A stretch of 37,875 nt of DNA, taken from a virus. Its lineage: Duplodnaviria > Caudoviricetes. The DNA is taken from the IMG/VR virus record IMGVR_UViG_3300020045_001674, positions 1 to 37,875 of that record; one strand, 5' to 3'. Below the pieces are notes generated by a model that saw nothing but the letters and a program-made list of their open reading frames with translations, searched no databases and was not told the DNA's origin. A program made the translations under genes and the position numbers. Shown here in pieces: positions 1 to 8,525 of this stretch (the first letter of the stretch is position 1; each line of letters opens with the position of its first letter).

Positions 1-1
1 A

Positions 2-88
2 TGTAGAACCTGTCATCAATATATCGAGCTTAACCCTCTTTGGGCTAAATTACAGGGGTATAGTGAAAGTAGATTAACTGAAAAATAA
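2..88 (+). CDS. C-terminal fragment of an HNH-type endonuclease (begins before the window)
   Basis: Frame 2 reads CRTCHQYIELNPLWAKLQGYSESRLTEK*; CxxCH followed by NP..A...G is typical of phage HNH C-termini. Confidence 0.55.
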   Translation, partial: CRTCHQYIELNPLWAKLQGYSESRLTEK

Positions 89-103
89 ACCACATTAAAA
101 GCA

Positions 104-132
104 TTGCGAAATGAAATAAATCACTACATTTG
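104..132 (+). promoter_or_regulatory. Bacteroidota sigma-70-type promoter for the ibrAB module
   Basis: TTG at 104 and TACATTTG (TAnnTTTG consensus) at 125-132. Confidence 0.65.
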
Positions 133-139
133 TAAAACT

Positions 140-224
140 CGTGCAGGAGTTAATAAAGAAATTAAAGCCCTTTATTCCTTAGTAGCCCTGCACGGTGAAC
201 GGGAACAAAGGGCTATTTTATTTT
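140..224 (+). promoter_or_regulatory. Structured 5' leader with two interleaved stems (switch or pseudoknot)
   Basis: CGTGCAGG 140-147 pairs with CCTGCACG 187-194; AGCCCTTTATTCC 166-178 pairs with GGAACAAAGGGCT 202-214; followed by ATTTTATTTTATG. Confidence 0.65.
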
Positions 225-617
225 ATGGAAAGAATATATCACCCTTGGCATAGATGGGAAGATTATAAAAATGGTTTTTATAATGCCTGTTCAGGAACAG
301 AAAAAGAGCTTAAGATAAGTAAAGTTCTCGAGATGTTTAATAGTAAAGATTTGACAGAAGAATATATGCACAGGGTAATTAACGAGTGGATTTATTCTTG
401 TGAGCATAATCTTACAAATCCATCTTTAAATAAAATTGCCTATATCGGACAGTCCGCCTGTTGTATTTACGGTGGCGTTCCTTCGTCTGTAACAATGGAG
501 GCGTGGAGCTTGTTAAATAAAAAAGTACAGGAAAGAAGCGATAAAATCGCTCTATCTGTATTGAAAAAATGGGAGAAACAAAATAAAAATATTCAACTAT
601 GCCTAAATATAGATTAG
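225..617 (+). CDS. Hypothetical protein coupled to ibrA (130 aa)
   Basis: ATG at 225 directly after the leader (MERIYHPWHRWEDY); overlaps the ibrA start; W/H/C-rich motifs such as SCEHNLTN and YIGQSAC. Confidence 0.75.
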   Translation: MERIYHPWHRWEDYKNGFYNACSGTEKELKISKVLEMFNSKDLTEEYMHRVINEWIYSCEHNLTNPSLNKIAYIGQSACCIYGGVPSSVTMEAWSLLNKKVQERSDKIALSVLKKWEKQNKNIQLCLNID

Positions 618-1822
618 ATAAAAACGTTTACGAAGCATCAAAAGAGCGAGTAAACTTTGCTTTTGATAATTTTGAAAAGGTGTACCTTTCTTTTAGTGCT
701 GGAAAGGATTCTACAGTAATGCTTCATATTACAATGGAAGAAGCAAAAAAAAGAAACGTTAAAATAGGGTTATTGATTGTTGACTTGGAAGGTCAATACA
801 AACTAACAATAGACCACATTTACGCTATTATTTCTGAATATAAGGACTATATAGATTTATACTGGATATGCCTTCCTTTGCACCTTAGAAACGCTGTTTC
901 AGTCTATGAGCCGTTTTGGATTTGTTGGGATAAAGAAAGAAAAGAGGACTGGATAAGGCAAGTTCCAAAACAGGCTATTTCAGATGAATTGTTTTTCCCT
1001 TTCTTTCATAAAGGAATGGAGTTTGAGGAGTTTGTTCCTGAATTTGGACAATGGTATTCACAAGGTAAAACAACTGCCTGTTTGGTTGGTATTCGTTCAG
1101 ATGAAAGCCTTAACCGTTATAGAACAATTTCCTCCACTACAAAAGAAATGTTTGAAGGAAAGCAATTCACAACTAAGGTAACCGAAAATGTTTATAACCT
1201 TTATCCGATATACGACTGGACTGTAGAAGACATTTGGATTTACCATGCAAAGAATCCAGAAAAAAGATACAACCAACTTTATGAATTAATGCACAAAGCT
1301 GGTCTTTCAATTTCACAACAAAGAATTTGCCAACCGTATGGAGATGACCAAAGGCGTGGTTTATGGCTATTCCACATTATAGAGCCTGAAACATGGGCAA
1401 AGGTGGTTAGTCGTGTTAATGGTGCTAATAGTGGGGCTTTATACGTAAACGAAAGCGGAGCTATAAATGGATATAATAAAATCCAAAAACCCTTAAATCA
1501 TACATGGGAAAGTTTTGCAATGCTTTTTTTAAATAGCATTCCAGAGGTTACCAAGGAACATTATTTGAATAAAATATATACATTTATTGAGTGGTGGAAA
1601 GAAAGGGGTTATGACAATGGAATACCACAGGAATGCCCCGAAGTTTTAGAGGCTGAAAAATTAGCCCCTTCATGGAGACGTATTTGTAAGTCATTACTAA
1701 GAAATGATTTTTGGTGTAAAGGGCTTGGATTCACTCAACATAAAACAGAAGCGTACAAAAAATATCTAGTACTAAAAGCGAATAAAAGAAAACAATCTAA
1801 ATTTCTAGAAAATGATAAATAA
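599..1822 (+). CDS. ibrA: PAPS-reductase-like / DUF3440 protein (IbrA/YbdN family)
   Basis: PP-loop SFSAGKDS, VGIRSDES, YPIYDW, QRICQPYG; C-terminal PSWRRICKSLLRND. Confidence 0.9.
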   Translation: MPKYRLDKNVYEASKERVNFAFDNFEKVYLSFSAGKDSTVMLHITMEEAKKRNVKIGLLIVDLEGQYKLTIDHIYAIISEYKDYIDLYWICLPLHLRNAVSVYEPFWICWDKERKEDWIRQVPKQAISDELFFPFFHKGMEFEEFVPEFGQWYSQGKTTACLVGIRSDESLNRYRTISSTTKEMFEGKQFTTKVTENVYNLYPIYDWTVEDIWIYHAKNPEKRYNQLYELMHKAGLSISQQRICQPYGDDQRRGLWLFHIIEPETWAKVVSRVNGANSGALYVNESGAINGYNKIQKPLNHTWESFAMLFLNSIPEVTKEHYLNKIYTFIEWWKERGYDNGIPQECPEVLEAEKLAPSWRRICKSLLRNDFWCKGLGFTQHKTEAYKKYLVLKANKRKQSKFLENDK

Positions 1823-2456
1823 AATAATTGAAGAAATTAAATTGCTACCAATTGATGAAAAGATTGAAGCGATAAACAACATTAAGATTTTACTTCACGA
1901 AATAAGCCCATTTAAAAGCGAGCCTGTTGACTGTGTTTTGTGGGTTAAAAATACTAGTGTTCACGCAAATGACTATAATCCGAATAGCGTAGCCCCTCCT
2001 GAAATGGAATTATTAAGACTTTCTATTTCTGCCGATGGTTACACTCAACCAATTGTTTCCATGCTTGAAGAAGGTGGAGAAACTAGAGAGGTTATAGATG
2101 GATTTCACAGAAATAGAGTAGGCAAAGAGTGTGAAGACATTCAAAAAAGAGTTCACGGATATTTGCCTGTTGTTACAATTAATATAGACCGCACAAACTT
2201 AAACGATAGGGTAGCTTCCACTATCAGACACAACAGAGCTAGAGGGAAACATAAGGTTGACAGTATGAGCGAAATTGTGGTAGACCTTAGAAAAAGAAAT
2301 TGGAGTCCTGATAAAATAAGCAGAGAGCTTGGAATGGATTCAGACGAAGTGTTGAGGCTTTCACAAATAAGTGGACTAATTGAGCTATTTACAAACAAAG
2401 AATTTTCACAGGCTTGGACAGCTATTGACGAATCAAAAGAAGATGAAATACAGTAA
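1812..2456 (+). CDS. ibrB: ParB/sulfiredoxin-domain protein (IbrB/YbdM family)
   Basis: ANDYNPN, GYTQPI, IDGFHR, STIRHNRARGKH, C-terminal HTH-like segment; overlaps ibrA. Confidence 0.9.
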   Translation: MINKIIEEIKLLPIDEKIEAINNIKILLHEISPFKSEPVDCVLWVKNTSVHANDYNPNSVAPPEMELLRLSISADGYTQPIVSMLEEGGETREVIDGFHRNRVGKECEDIQKRVHGYLPVVTINIDRTNLNDRVASTIRHNRARGKHKVDSMSEIVVDLRKRNWSPDKISRELGMDSDEVLRLSQISGLIELFTNKEFSQAWTAIDESKEDEIQ

Positions 2457-3108
2457 AGACGGGCTTGTTTGTTTTAATGAAGAAAACCATACCTACCACT
2501 TAGGCGATAAGCAACTAATGGGTGTTACTTCATACATTTCTAAATTCAAAAATAAGTTTGATAGTGATTCTATAGCAGAAAAATACGCAAAGAAACACGG
2601 ATTAGATAAACAAGAATTGTTGCAAAAGTGGAAATTAGAAGGTGAAATTTCAGCTAAAAATGGAACTGCTTGTCATGCTATAATTGAGAATTTTATATTA
2701 ACAAATAAGGTTGAATTGTTGGGCGTATCGGAAAAAGAAAAAATTGCAGTAAAGTTTATCAATGATTTCTTTTTAACCCAAAGGCTTATTCCAGTTGATA
2801 CAGAGATTATTGTTTACAATGATGCTTTAGCCAGTCAAATAGACTGCATTGCAAAAAATAAAGAGGGGCAATATTTTATTTTAGACTGGAAAACAAACAA
2901 AAAAATAGATACTTATTCTTACGGAAAAAGCATGAAAGCCCCTTACGAATATTTGCCAGACTGTAATTTCTATCATTACTCATTACAACTCTCTCTATAC
3001 AAAGAAATGTATAAGGAGAATAAAATTGAAGATTGCTTTATAGTTCATTTAGATAACGAAAATTACAACATAATTAAATATCACAACAAAATAAAACTAA
3101 TTTTATGA
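2443..3108 (+). CDS. PD-(D/E)XK exonuclease-like protein
   Basis: Likely start MKYSKDG at 2443; FNEENHTY, GTACH, E..V......ID......ILDWKT, YSLQLSLY. Confidence 0.8.
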   Translation: MKYSKDGLVCFNEENHTYHLGDKQLMGVTSYISKFKNKFDSDSIAEKYAKKHGLDKQELLQKWKLEGEISAKNGTACHAIIENFILTNKVELLGVSEKEKIAVKFINDFFLTQRLIPVDTEIIVYNDALASQIDCIAKNKEGQYFILDWKTNKKIDTYSYGKSMKAPYEYLPDCNFYHYSLQLSLYKEMYKENKIEDCFIVHLDNENYNIIKYHNKIKLIL

Positions 3109-3191
3109 GCCAAACAACCAACATATTAAAGCACCTCAAGAAGGGTAAGACTTTAAAAATAAAGTTAAAAAAATTTGCTTTATTGTTTTGA
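3105..3191 (+). pseudogene. Truncated winged-HTH gene remnant
   Basis: ATGA-coupled start reading MSQTTNILKHLKKGKTL, like the N-terminus of small phage wHTH proteins; stops after 28 aa inside the bro promoter. Confidence 0.5.
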
Positions 3192-3204
3192 TTTACTATA
3201 TTTG
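3174..3204 (+). promoter_or_regulatory. Bacteroidota promoter for the bro gene
   Basis: TTTG 3174-3177, 19-nt spacer, TATATTTG 3197-3204. Confidence 0.75.
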
Positions 3205-3217
3205 TAAAAACTAAATT

Positions 3218-3982
3218 ATGAAAATAGACAAATTTACTAAGGCCGAATTTGGCACTTTAACCACGATAACAAGCGATAAAACAGGCGTGGTAATGTTCAT
3301 TGCTCCTGAAATAGGTAAGATGTGGGGGCACACAAACATGAAGCAGGTGGTTAGTAGAATACTTAATAAGGAAGAGTATAAGGTAATTTCAAAAAGCGAA
3401 TACCCTGAATTCTTTGGTCAACTTGTAAGTAACAAATTGTTACCATCAAAAGCACAACGTATACAGCTAGTTACAGAATCGGGTATGTATAAACTTGCTT
3501 TAGCTTCTAATCTTGAAAAGGCAAAACCTTTCAGGGATTGGGTTACAAGTGAGGTGCTACCTTCTATTCGTAAAAATGGTTATTACTCCATAGCGAATCA
3601 ATCCGAATCAATTCTTATTCATACAAACGTTTCTATTCAAAAATCAAACTCTAAAGATATCAACAAAAAGAACTTGATTGAAAAAGGGCTTGATTCCATG
3701 ATAGAGTATAACCGCAATAGTTGTATTCTACATACTGGCAAAACACCATCAGAATTAAAAGAAATAGGCAAAAAAGAGGGGTTAAAGTCAATTGAAAGAA
3801 CGTCTGCAAAGGAAGTATTAAGACATTTAAAGCCTGAATTAGCCTGTGCAATGAGCTTTACAGACTCCCTTGTAAATAAAGGTTTTGACTTAAAAACTGT
3901 TTCTGAATTGTCTTTAAAATCGGCAGTGCCTTTATTTCAGGGAATGATTGAATTAGGAATTAAACCAAAAGAACTACAATAA
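3218..3982 (+). CDS. Bro-N domain protein (antirepressor-like)
   Basis: VTESGMYKL...AKPFRDWVTSEVLPSIRKNGYY is the Bro-N signature. Confidence 0.9.
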   Translation: MKIDKFTKAEFGTLTTITSDKTGVVMFIAPEIGKMWGHTNMKQVVSRILNKEEYKVISKSEYPEFFGQLVSNKLLPSKAQRIQLVTESGMYKLALASNLEKAKPFRDWVTSEVLPSIRKNGYYSIANQSESILIHTNVSIQKSNSKDINKKNLIEKGLDSMIEYNRNSCILHTGKTPSELKEIGKKEGLKSIERTSAKEVLRHLKPELACAMSFTDSLVNKGFDLKTVSELSLKSAVPLFQGMIELGIKPKELQ

Positions 3983-4315
3983 ATGGAAGGATACAATATA
4001 TTAGAGCAATTCCCATTTGAAGAATTCTGGGAGCTATATGGCAAAAAAGTAGGTAGATTTAATTGCCAGAAAAAGTACAGCAAGTTGACTCATCAAGAAA
4101 GGATGGCAATATTTGAACACGTGCCTAGGTACGTGGAAAGCACCCCAGATATTACATTTAGAAAGAACCCACAAACCTATCTAAACGGTAGATGTTGGGA
4201 GGACGAAGTAATATACAAATCAAAGCCTATTGGCAAGATGGAAACTCTTTATAGTGCATCTAAGGAGGTCGATAGAATACTAGACGAAAGAAACGCAAAT
4301 GAGCAACGTAACTAA
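3983..4315 (+). CDS. Replication-initiator-type C-terminal domain protein
   Basis: FEEFWELYGKKVG...KNPQTYLNGRCWEDE motif, common in phage replication proteins. Confidence 0.65.
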   Translation: MEGYNILEQFPFEEFWELYGKKVGRFNCQKKYSKLTHQERMAIFEHVPRYVESTPDITFRKNPQTYLNGRCWEDEVIYKSKPIGKMETLYSASKEVDRILDERNANEQRN

Positions 4316-5075
4316 AGCAATACCCTTACACCTTAACGCTACCGACTTTGTAGCTCTGGAGGCTTATAAACAGCCAAGGATATCTACTATAAAAAAAGAT
4401 GGAGCGGAAAAGAGATTAAAGGCTTCAATTGAACGATGCTTTGTTTTGATGGGACATAAGTTTGAGGTATCGCAATTGATAATTTTCATTGATTGCCTTT
4501 GGGATGAGCTTAAAAAAAACCAGTCTTTCTATACCTTGGAGGAAATAGACATAGCCTTAGAAATGGGAGCCAAAGGTAAGTTAATAGACCTTACTAAAAT
4601 CCCTCAGCCCGTTGTAAGTCTTTCAAACTTCCTTTTATTTATTAGGCTTTATAATGAAAAAATTAGGCGTGAAATGCTCAACAAGGAGAAAATAGAGAAA
4701 GAAAAGCAGGAGAAATTCACAAGCGATAAGGAGCGGGAAGAAAAACAAAGATTATTTGAAAATGAGATAGCAGTGGTGTACCAGTACTTTATCGACAACT
4801 TGGAACTTCCTGAAATGTCGCACGGATTAAGGGCTACTTACTATCGAGAACTTGATAAGAAAAAGTTAGTTGAGCTTTCGGTGGAACTTAAAAAAGAGTT
4901 GTACGAAAAAGCAAAGCAAGAAATTAAAACGGTTGTGGATTTGAGAGTTTACAACGATGTAGAAAAAGCGTTCAACAAGAACAAAAAAGAAAAAGAGATA
5001 ATCGAAATAGCACAGTCAATGGCCTTGGAATTTCTCTTTGCTGAATATTTAAAACAATCTATAAACCTAAAGTAA
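4299..5075 (+). CDS. Hypothetical protein, possibly a helicase loader/replication partner
   Basis: 258-aa ORF overlapping the previous gene; function inferred from position only. Confidence 0.5.
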   Translation: MSNVTKAIPLHLNATDFVALEAYKQPRISTIKKDGAEKRLKASIERCFVLMGHKFEVSQLIIFIDCLWDELKKNQSFYTLEEIDIALEMGAKGKLIDLTKIPQPVVSLSNFLLFIRLYNEKIRREMLNKEKIEKEKQEKFTSDKEREEKQRLFENEIAVVYQYFIDNLELPEMSHGLRATYYRELDKKKLVELSVELKKELYEKAKQEIKTVVDLRVYNDVEKAFNKNKKEKEIIEIAQSMALEFLFAEYLKQSINLK

Positions 5076-5076
5076 C

Positions 5077-6174
5077 ATGAAAGAACTACCTAAATATTTT
5101 GTAATTAAGAGAGACGAAAACAATCCGCTGTGGGAAGAGTATATTGACTGGTTGAATGAAACGTATGGCTGTGATTTAGTGGGCGATTTTAGTATTTATT
5201 ACGGATTTGATGGAAATATAACGCATAATGGCGTATATGATGGCCAGACAATTAATGATTTCCAAAACTCCCCCACCCTCATTACCCTAGAAGAATGGAA
5301 CGAGTGCGTTAATGGGTTCGTGTTGCCTGAAAAGTGGTGTATTAAAAACGATAGGCAAGAAATTAGGGATTGGTTTGCTAATACTTACGAAGTTGAGGAT
5401 ATAAAAACATGGACTCAAAATTACATTGGATTTGATAATGCCCAATATAATAATGGCGTTCATGGTGTTGGTGAGGTGTCTCATTTCTATCAAAATAATA
5501 CCGAAATAACCTTTGAACAATTCAAAACCCACGTACTAAAAGAAAACAATATGGAAGAAGAAGTAAAAGACATGTCATATGATAAATGGAAAGCGGGAGA
5601 TTTAATTGAATGTATAAATACCCATTTCGATTGTTATATTAAAGGAGAGATTTATGAAATAAAAAAAATAGAATCCTCAATGAATAATGACATTTACACA
5701 GTAAAAGATAGTGTTGGTTCTAATACTAATGCATGGAATCATTCAAACTTTAAATTTCACTCAAGATCAAACAAACCTATGAAAAACCGAACCATCACCG
5801 CCCAACAAGCGCAAAGCATCATTGATATAGCGTGTAAAGATTGGAAGCCAGTACTAGCTAAACATTGGGCTGTAACTATTGTACAGAAAGGAAATATTGA
5901 AATCACAGAAGAGTATTACAAAGAAATGCGTTCCGCCTGTACCGTAGACCAACACAAACTATTCGATGAAATCTTTGGTAAGGACGTTAAGGAGTTTACG
6001 AGTGATGATTTAAAGCATGGAGAGTGGTTTAAGTCTTGGGGTGGAGAATATTATTTAAAAGCTGGAAATAATACTTTAATTCATTATAGCGGTAGTGTCT
6101 TTAACCCAGAAACTATAAAAATGAAAGGCAAAAAAGTAAAAATTAAATCTATCCAATGGGAGGAGGTTAAGTAA
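5077..6174 (+). CDS. Mosaic multi-module hypothetical protein
   Basis: Duplicated module LPKYFVIK..ITLEEW / LPEKWCIK..ITFEQF, followed by unrelated modules. Confidence 0.75.
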   Translation: MKELPKYFVIKRDENNPLWEEYIDWLNETYGCDLVGDFSIYYGFDGNITHNGVYDGQTINDFQNSPTLITLEEWNECVNGFVLPEKWCIKNDRQEIRDWFANTYEVEDIKTWTQNYIGFDNAQYNNGVHGVGEVSHFYQNNTEITFEQFKTHVLKENNMEEEVKDMSYDKWKAGDLIECINTHFDCYIKGEIYEIKKIESSMNNDIYTVKDSVGSNTNAWNHSNFKFHSRSNKPMKNRTITAQQAQSIIDIACKDWKPVLAKHWAVTIVQKGNIEITEEYYKEMRSACTVDQHKLFDEIFGKDVKEFTSDDLKHGEWFKSWGGEYYLKAGNNTLIHYSGSVFNPETIKMKGKKVKIKSIQWEEVK

Positions 6175-6710
6175 TGAACACACAGACAGAGACACAATTT
6201 AATTTCCCAAACAGAATAATCGTTCAGGAGCGGTTTAGGCGTGATGAAAAAAAAGAGAGGGAAACGGCAAGGATTATAAAAACCGTCCCTGATAGTAAAC
6301 CTTTGCCAGTTGTTTACAGAAAGGAAAGTAGAAGAATTCCAGTAGGCACTATGTCTATAACCGCAATGAACTTAGAGGAATTTATCGCTTACATGGATAA
6401 ATCAAGACTTCCAACGCTAAAATTAAGAGTTGAGGATAGAGAATTTAAAAGTCTTAAAAGCGGATACGTTGGGATATTAAAAAGAAATAACAATCCTTAT
6501 AATAAATGCCGATTGATTGACGAAAAAGAAAACGAACGTGAATACGTCTATGTAAAAGTAAGCTCTAGGACTGAAAGCATTTATTTTGTTTACGAAGGAT
6601 TCTTTTGCAGTAAGTCCGACCATCTTGTAAAGTTTGAAAATGAAAGAACGATACGGATAAGCAAAGGGGATTTTGTATTAAAGTTGGGCGATATAATAAC
6701 AATCGAATGA
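6174..6710 (+). CDS. Hypothetical protein
   Basis: 178-aa ORF, TAATG- and ATGA-coupled to its neighbours. Confidence 0.7.
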   Translation: MNTQTETQFNFPNRIIVQERFRRDEKKERETARIIKTVPDSKPLPVVYRKESRRIPVGTMSITAMNLEEFIAYMDKSRLPTLKLRVEDREFKSLKSGYVGILKRNNNPYNKCRLIDEKENEREYVYVKVSSRTESIYFVYEGFFCSKSDHLVKFENERTIRISKGDFVLKLGDIITIE

Positions 6711-6991
6711 AAACACACTATTTAAAATGTATTGAACCTTACTTTACCGAAGTAATAGAAGGAAGAAAGCCGTTTGAATTTAGATTCAATGACCGAAATT
6801 ACCAAGTAGGAGACGAGTTAATTTTACAAAAATATAATCCTGAACTTAAAGTTTATTTGGGGCGTGAAGTATTTGCAAAAGTTACATATATCTTAAAAGA
6901 TTTTGAAGGTATAAAAGAAGGGTATTGTATACTTGGATTAATGATAACTGGTTTTATAACTAGCGAGGGGCATACTATTAAAATCTCATGA
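6707..6991 (+). CDS. DUF3850 / ASCH (PUA-like) domain protein
   Basis: MKTHYLK...GRKPFEFRFNDRNYQVGDELILQ signature. Confidence 0.85.
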   Translation: MKTHYLKCIEPYFTEVIEGRKPFEFRFNDRNYQVGDELILQKYNPELKVYLGREVFAKVTYILKDFEGIKEGYCILGLMITGFITSEGHTIKIS

Positions 6992-7383
6992 AAGTAGTCC
7001 TATACACCTTCTGGTTAATCCTTAACAGCCCTGCAACATCACAAGACAAGGTAGCTACTTGCTTTGAGATTCTAAGATGTCAGGAAGTGGCTACCACGTG
7101 TTCGATAATTTTGTACGAAACTGGTAGGCTACAATCGTATAAATTAAAGGTAGATAACGCACAGAAACACGGGAATATTTTTGGATTCCGTTATAAAAAT
7201 CACTACCTTTCTTATCCTAATTACAGCGCAGGAGTGCGGTATTACAGGGCTTGGCAGATTAGGCATTACACGAAGTTTAAAAGAAAGTATCCCAATAAAA
7301 ACTATTACGAATTTTTGAAGTGGAGGGGGTATTGTAATTCAATGGATTCGTACCTTAAAGTAATTAAACAAATAGAGAACTAA
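6988..7383 (+). CDS. Glucosaminidase (GH73)/lysozyme-fold-like protein
   Basis: ILYETG (candidate catalytic Glu), GNIFGF, C-terminal GYC; hydrophobic N-terminus. Confidence 0.55.
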   Translation: MKVVLYTFWLILNSPATSQDKVATCFEILRCQEVATTCSIILYETGRLQSYKLKVDNAQKHGNIFGFRYKNHYLSYPNYSAGVRYYRAWQIRHYTKFKRKYPNKNYYEFLKWRGYCNSMDSYLKVIKQIEN

Positions 7384-7398
7384 ACCAAATCTAACACA

Positions 7399-7905
7399 AT
7401 GGAAGAGCTAACACAAGAAGAGATAGTAAAGCTAAAGAAAATAGCCAGTCTTTACGAAGAAGGCGGAAGAAAAAACTTTCACGAACCAGTAGAGAAGGAA
7501 GAGAGGTATTGGAAAATACAAGAATCATTTTCGCCAATTTATGAAGTAGGTAAAATATATCCTTCGATTGAAAGAATTAGATTTTCAGAACAAGTTTCCA
7601 AATCCGACTACGATAAACAAGAGCTTCTTGAAGAGGCGAAGAGAAGAGGTTATGTAAAAGGGGTTAGATACATAAGTGCATATCTTTCAGCTCATGAAGC
7701 TATTATTAAAGAAGATATAAAATATTATGAACATTCTGTTGGAGTTCAATTGACAGATGGGTGCGGAGGTTCTATTTACTTTAACGGAAAATGGGCTGAA
7801 ATTATCCCTCAAAAAGAAGAACCTAAGAAAGAGCCTTTGTTTACTTTTGAGGACTTCAAAAAAGATTTAATAAATTTACTTGATAAATATAGTTGCGGTT
7901 TGTAA
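7399..7905 (+). CDS. Hypothetical protein
   Basis: 168-aa ORF with an LLEEAKRRGY...IYFNGKWAEII module. Confidence 0.75.
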   Translation: MEELTQEEIVKLKKIASLYEEGGRKNFHEPVEKEERYWKIQESFSPIYEVGKIYPSIERIRFSEQVSKSDYDKQELLEEAKRRGYVKGVRYISAYLSAHEAIIKEDIKYYEHSVGVQLTDGCGGSIYFNGKWAEIIPQKEEPKKEPLFTFEDFKKDLINLLDKYSCGL

Positions 7906-8030
7906 AATTTTCCTTACCTTTGAAATGCTAACTCACATTATGAAAAGACTTAAAACAAAATCCTATCAATCACGATGCCAAAGACTATATAGTCAGTGGG
8001 TTAGCCGTTGTGTTTGGTAGGTTTTATTTT
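7893..8030 (+). promoter_or_regulatory. Promoter plus structured leader of the HNH gene
   Basis: TTG 7893, TACCTTTG 7915-7922; GCTAACTCAC 7927-7936 pairs with GTGGGTTAGC 7996-8005; 7957-7977 pairs with 8006-8025; hairpin GACTATATAGTC 7983-7994. Confidence 0.7.
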
Positions 8031-8525
8031 ATGGAAGAAATCTGGAAAGACATTATTGGCTATGAAGGTATGTACCAAGTAAGCTCTTTTGGTAGGGTAA
8101 AGAGCTTTAAATGTGGGAAAGAGAGAATTTTGAAAGAATCAATAGATGCTTACGGATATTATAAGATTGCCTTATGTAAAGACGGAAAACCAATTACCAA
8201 GAAGATTCACAAGTTAGTAGCTATTGCTTTTTTGAACCATAAACCAAATGGATATATTTTAGTAGTTAATCATATAAATATAAATAAGTTAGACAATAAT
8301 GTTAATAATCTTGAAATTGTAACAGCTCGTGATAATACTAACAAAAAACACCTTAAAAGTACTAGCGAATATACTGGGGTAGGTTGGCATAAAAGAAGTA
8401 ACAAGTGGACTTCTCGAATTCTTATTAACAAGAAACAGTTCTCTCTAGGATATTTTAAAACCGAAATAGAAGCCTCGATTGCCTATCAAACTAGATTAAA
8501 AGAAATAAACCAAAAGAATGGATAA
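8031..8525 (+). mobile_element. Free-standing NUMOD4-HNH homing endonuclease with AP2-like C-terminus
   Basis: MEEIWKDIIGYEGMYQVSSFGRVKS (NUMOD4); HKLVA..VNHIN.NKLDN..NNLE (HNH); TSEYTGVGW..LGYF..EIEA (AP2-like). Confidence 0.9.

Noticed and set aside
599-2456. Sulfate-assimilation gene (cysH) or a plasmid partition system
   Set aside because: Length and motifs fit IbrA/IbrB; no other cys genes, parA or parS array.
2443-3108. Cas4/CRISPR interpretation of the PD-(D/E)XK nuclease
   Set aside because: No clear four-Cys Fe-S motif, no other cas genes and no repeat-spacer array seen.
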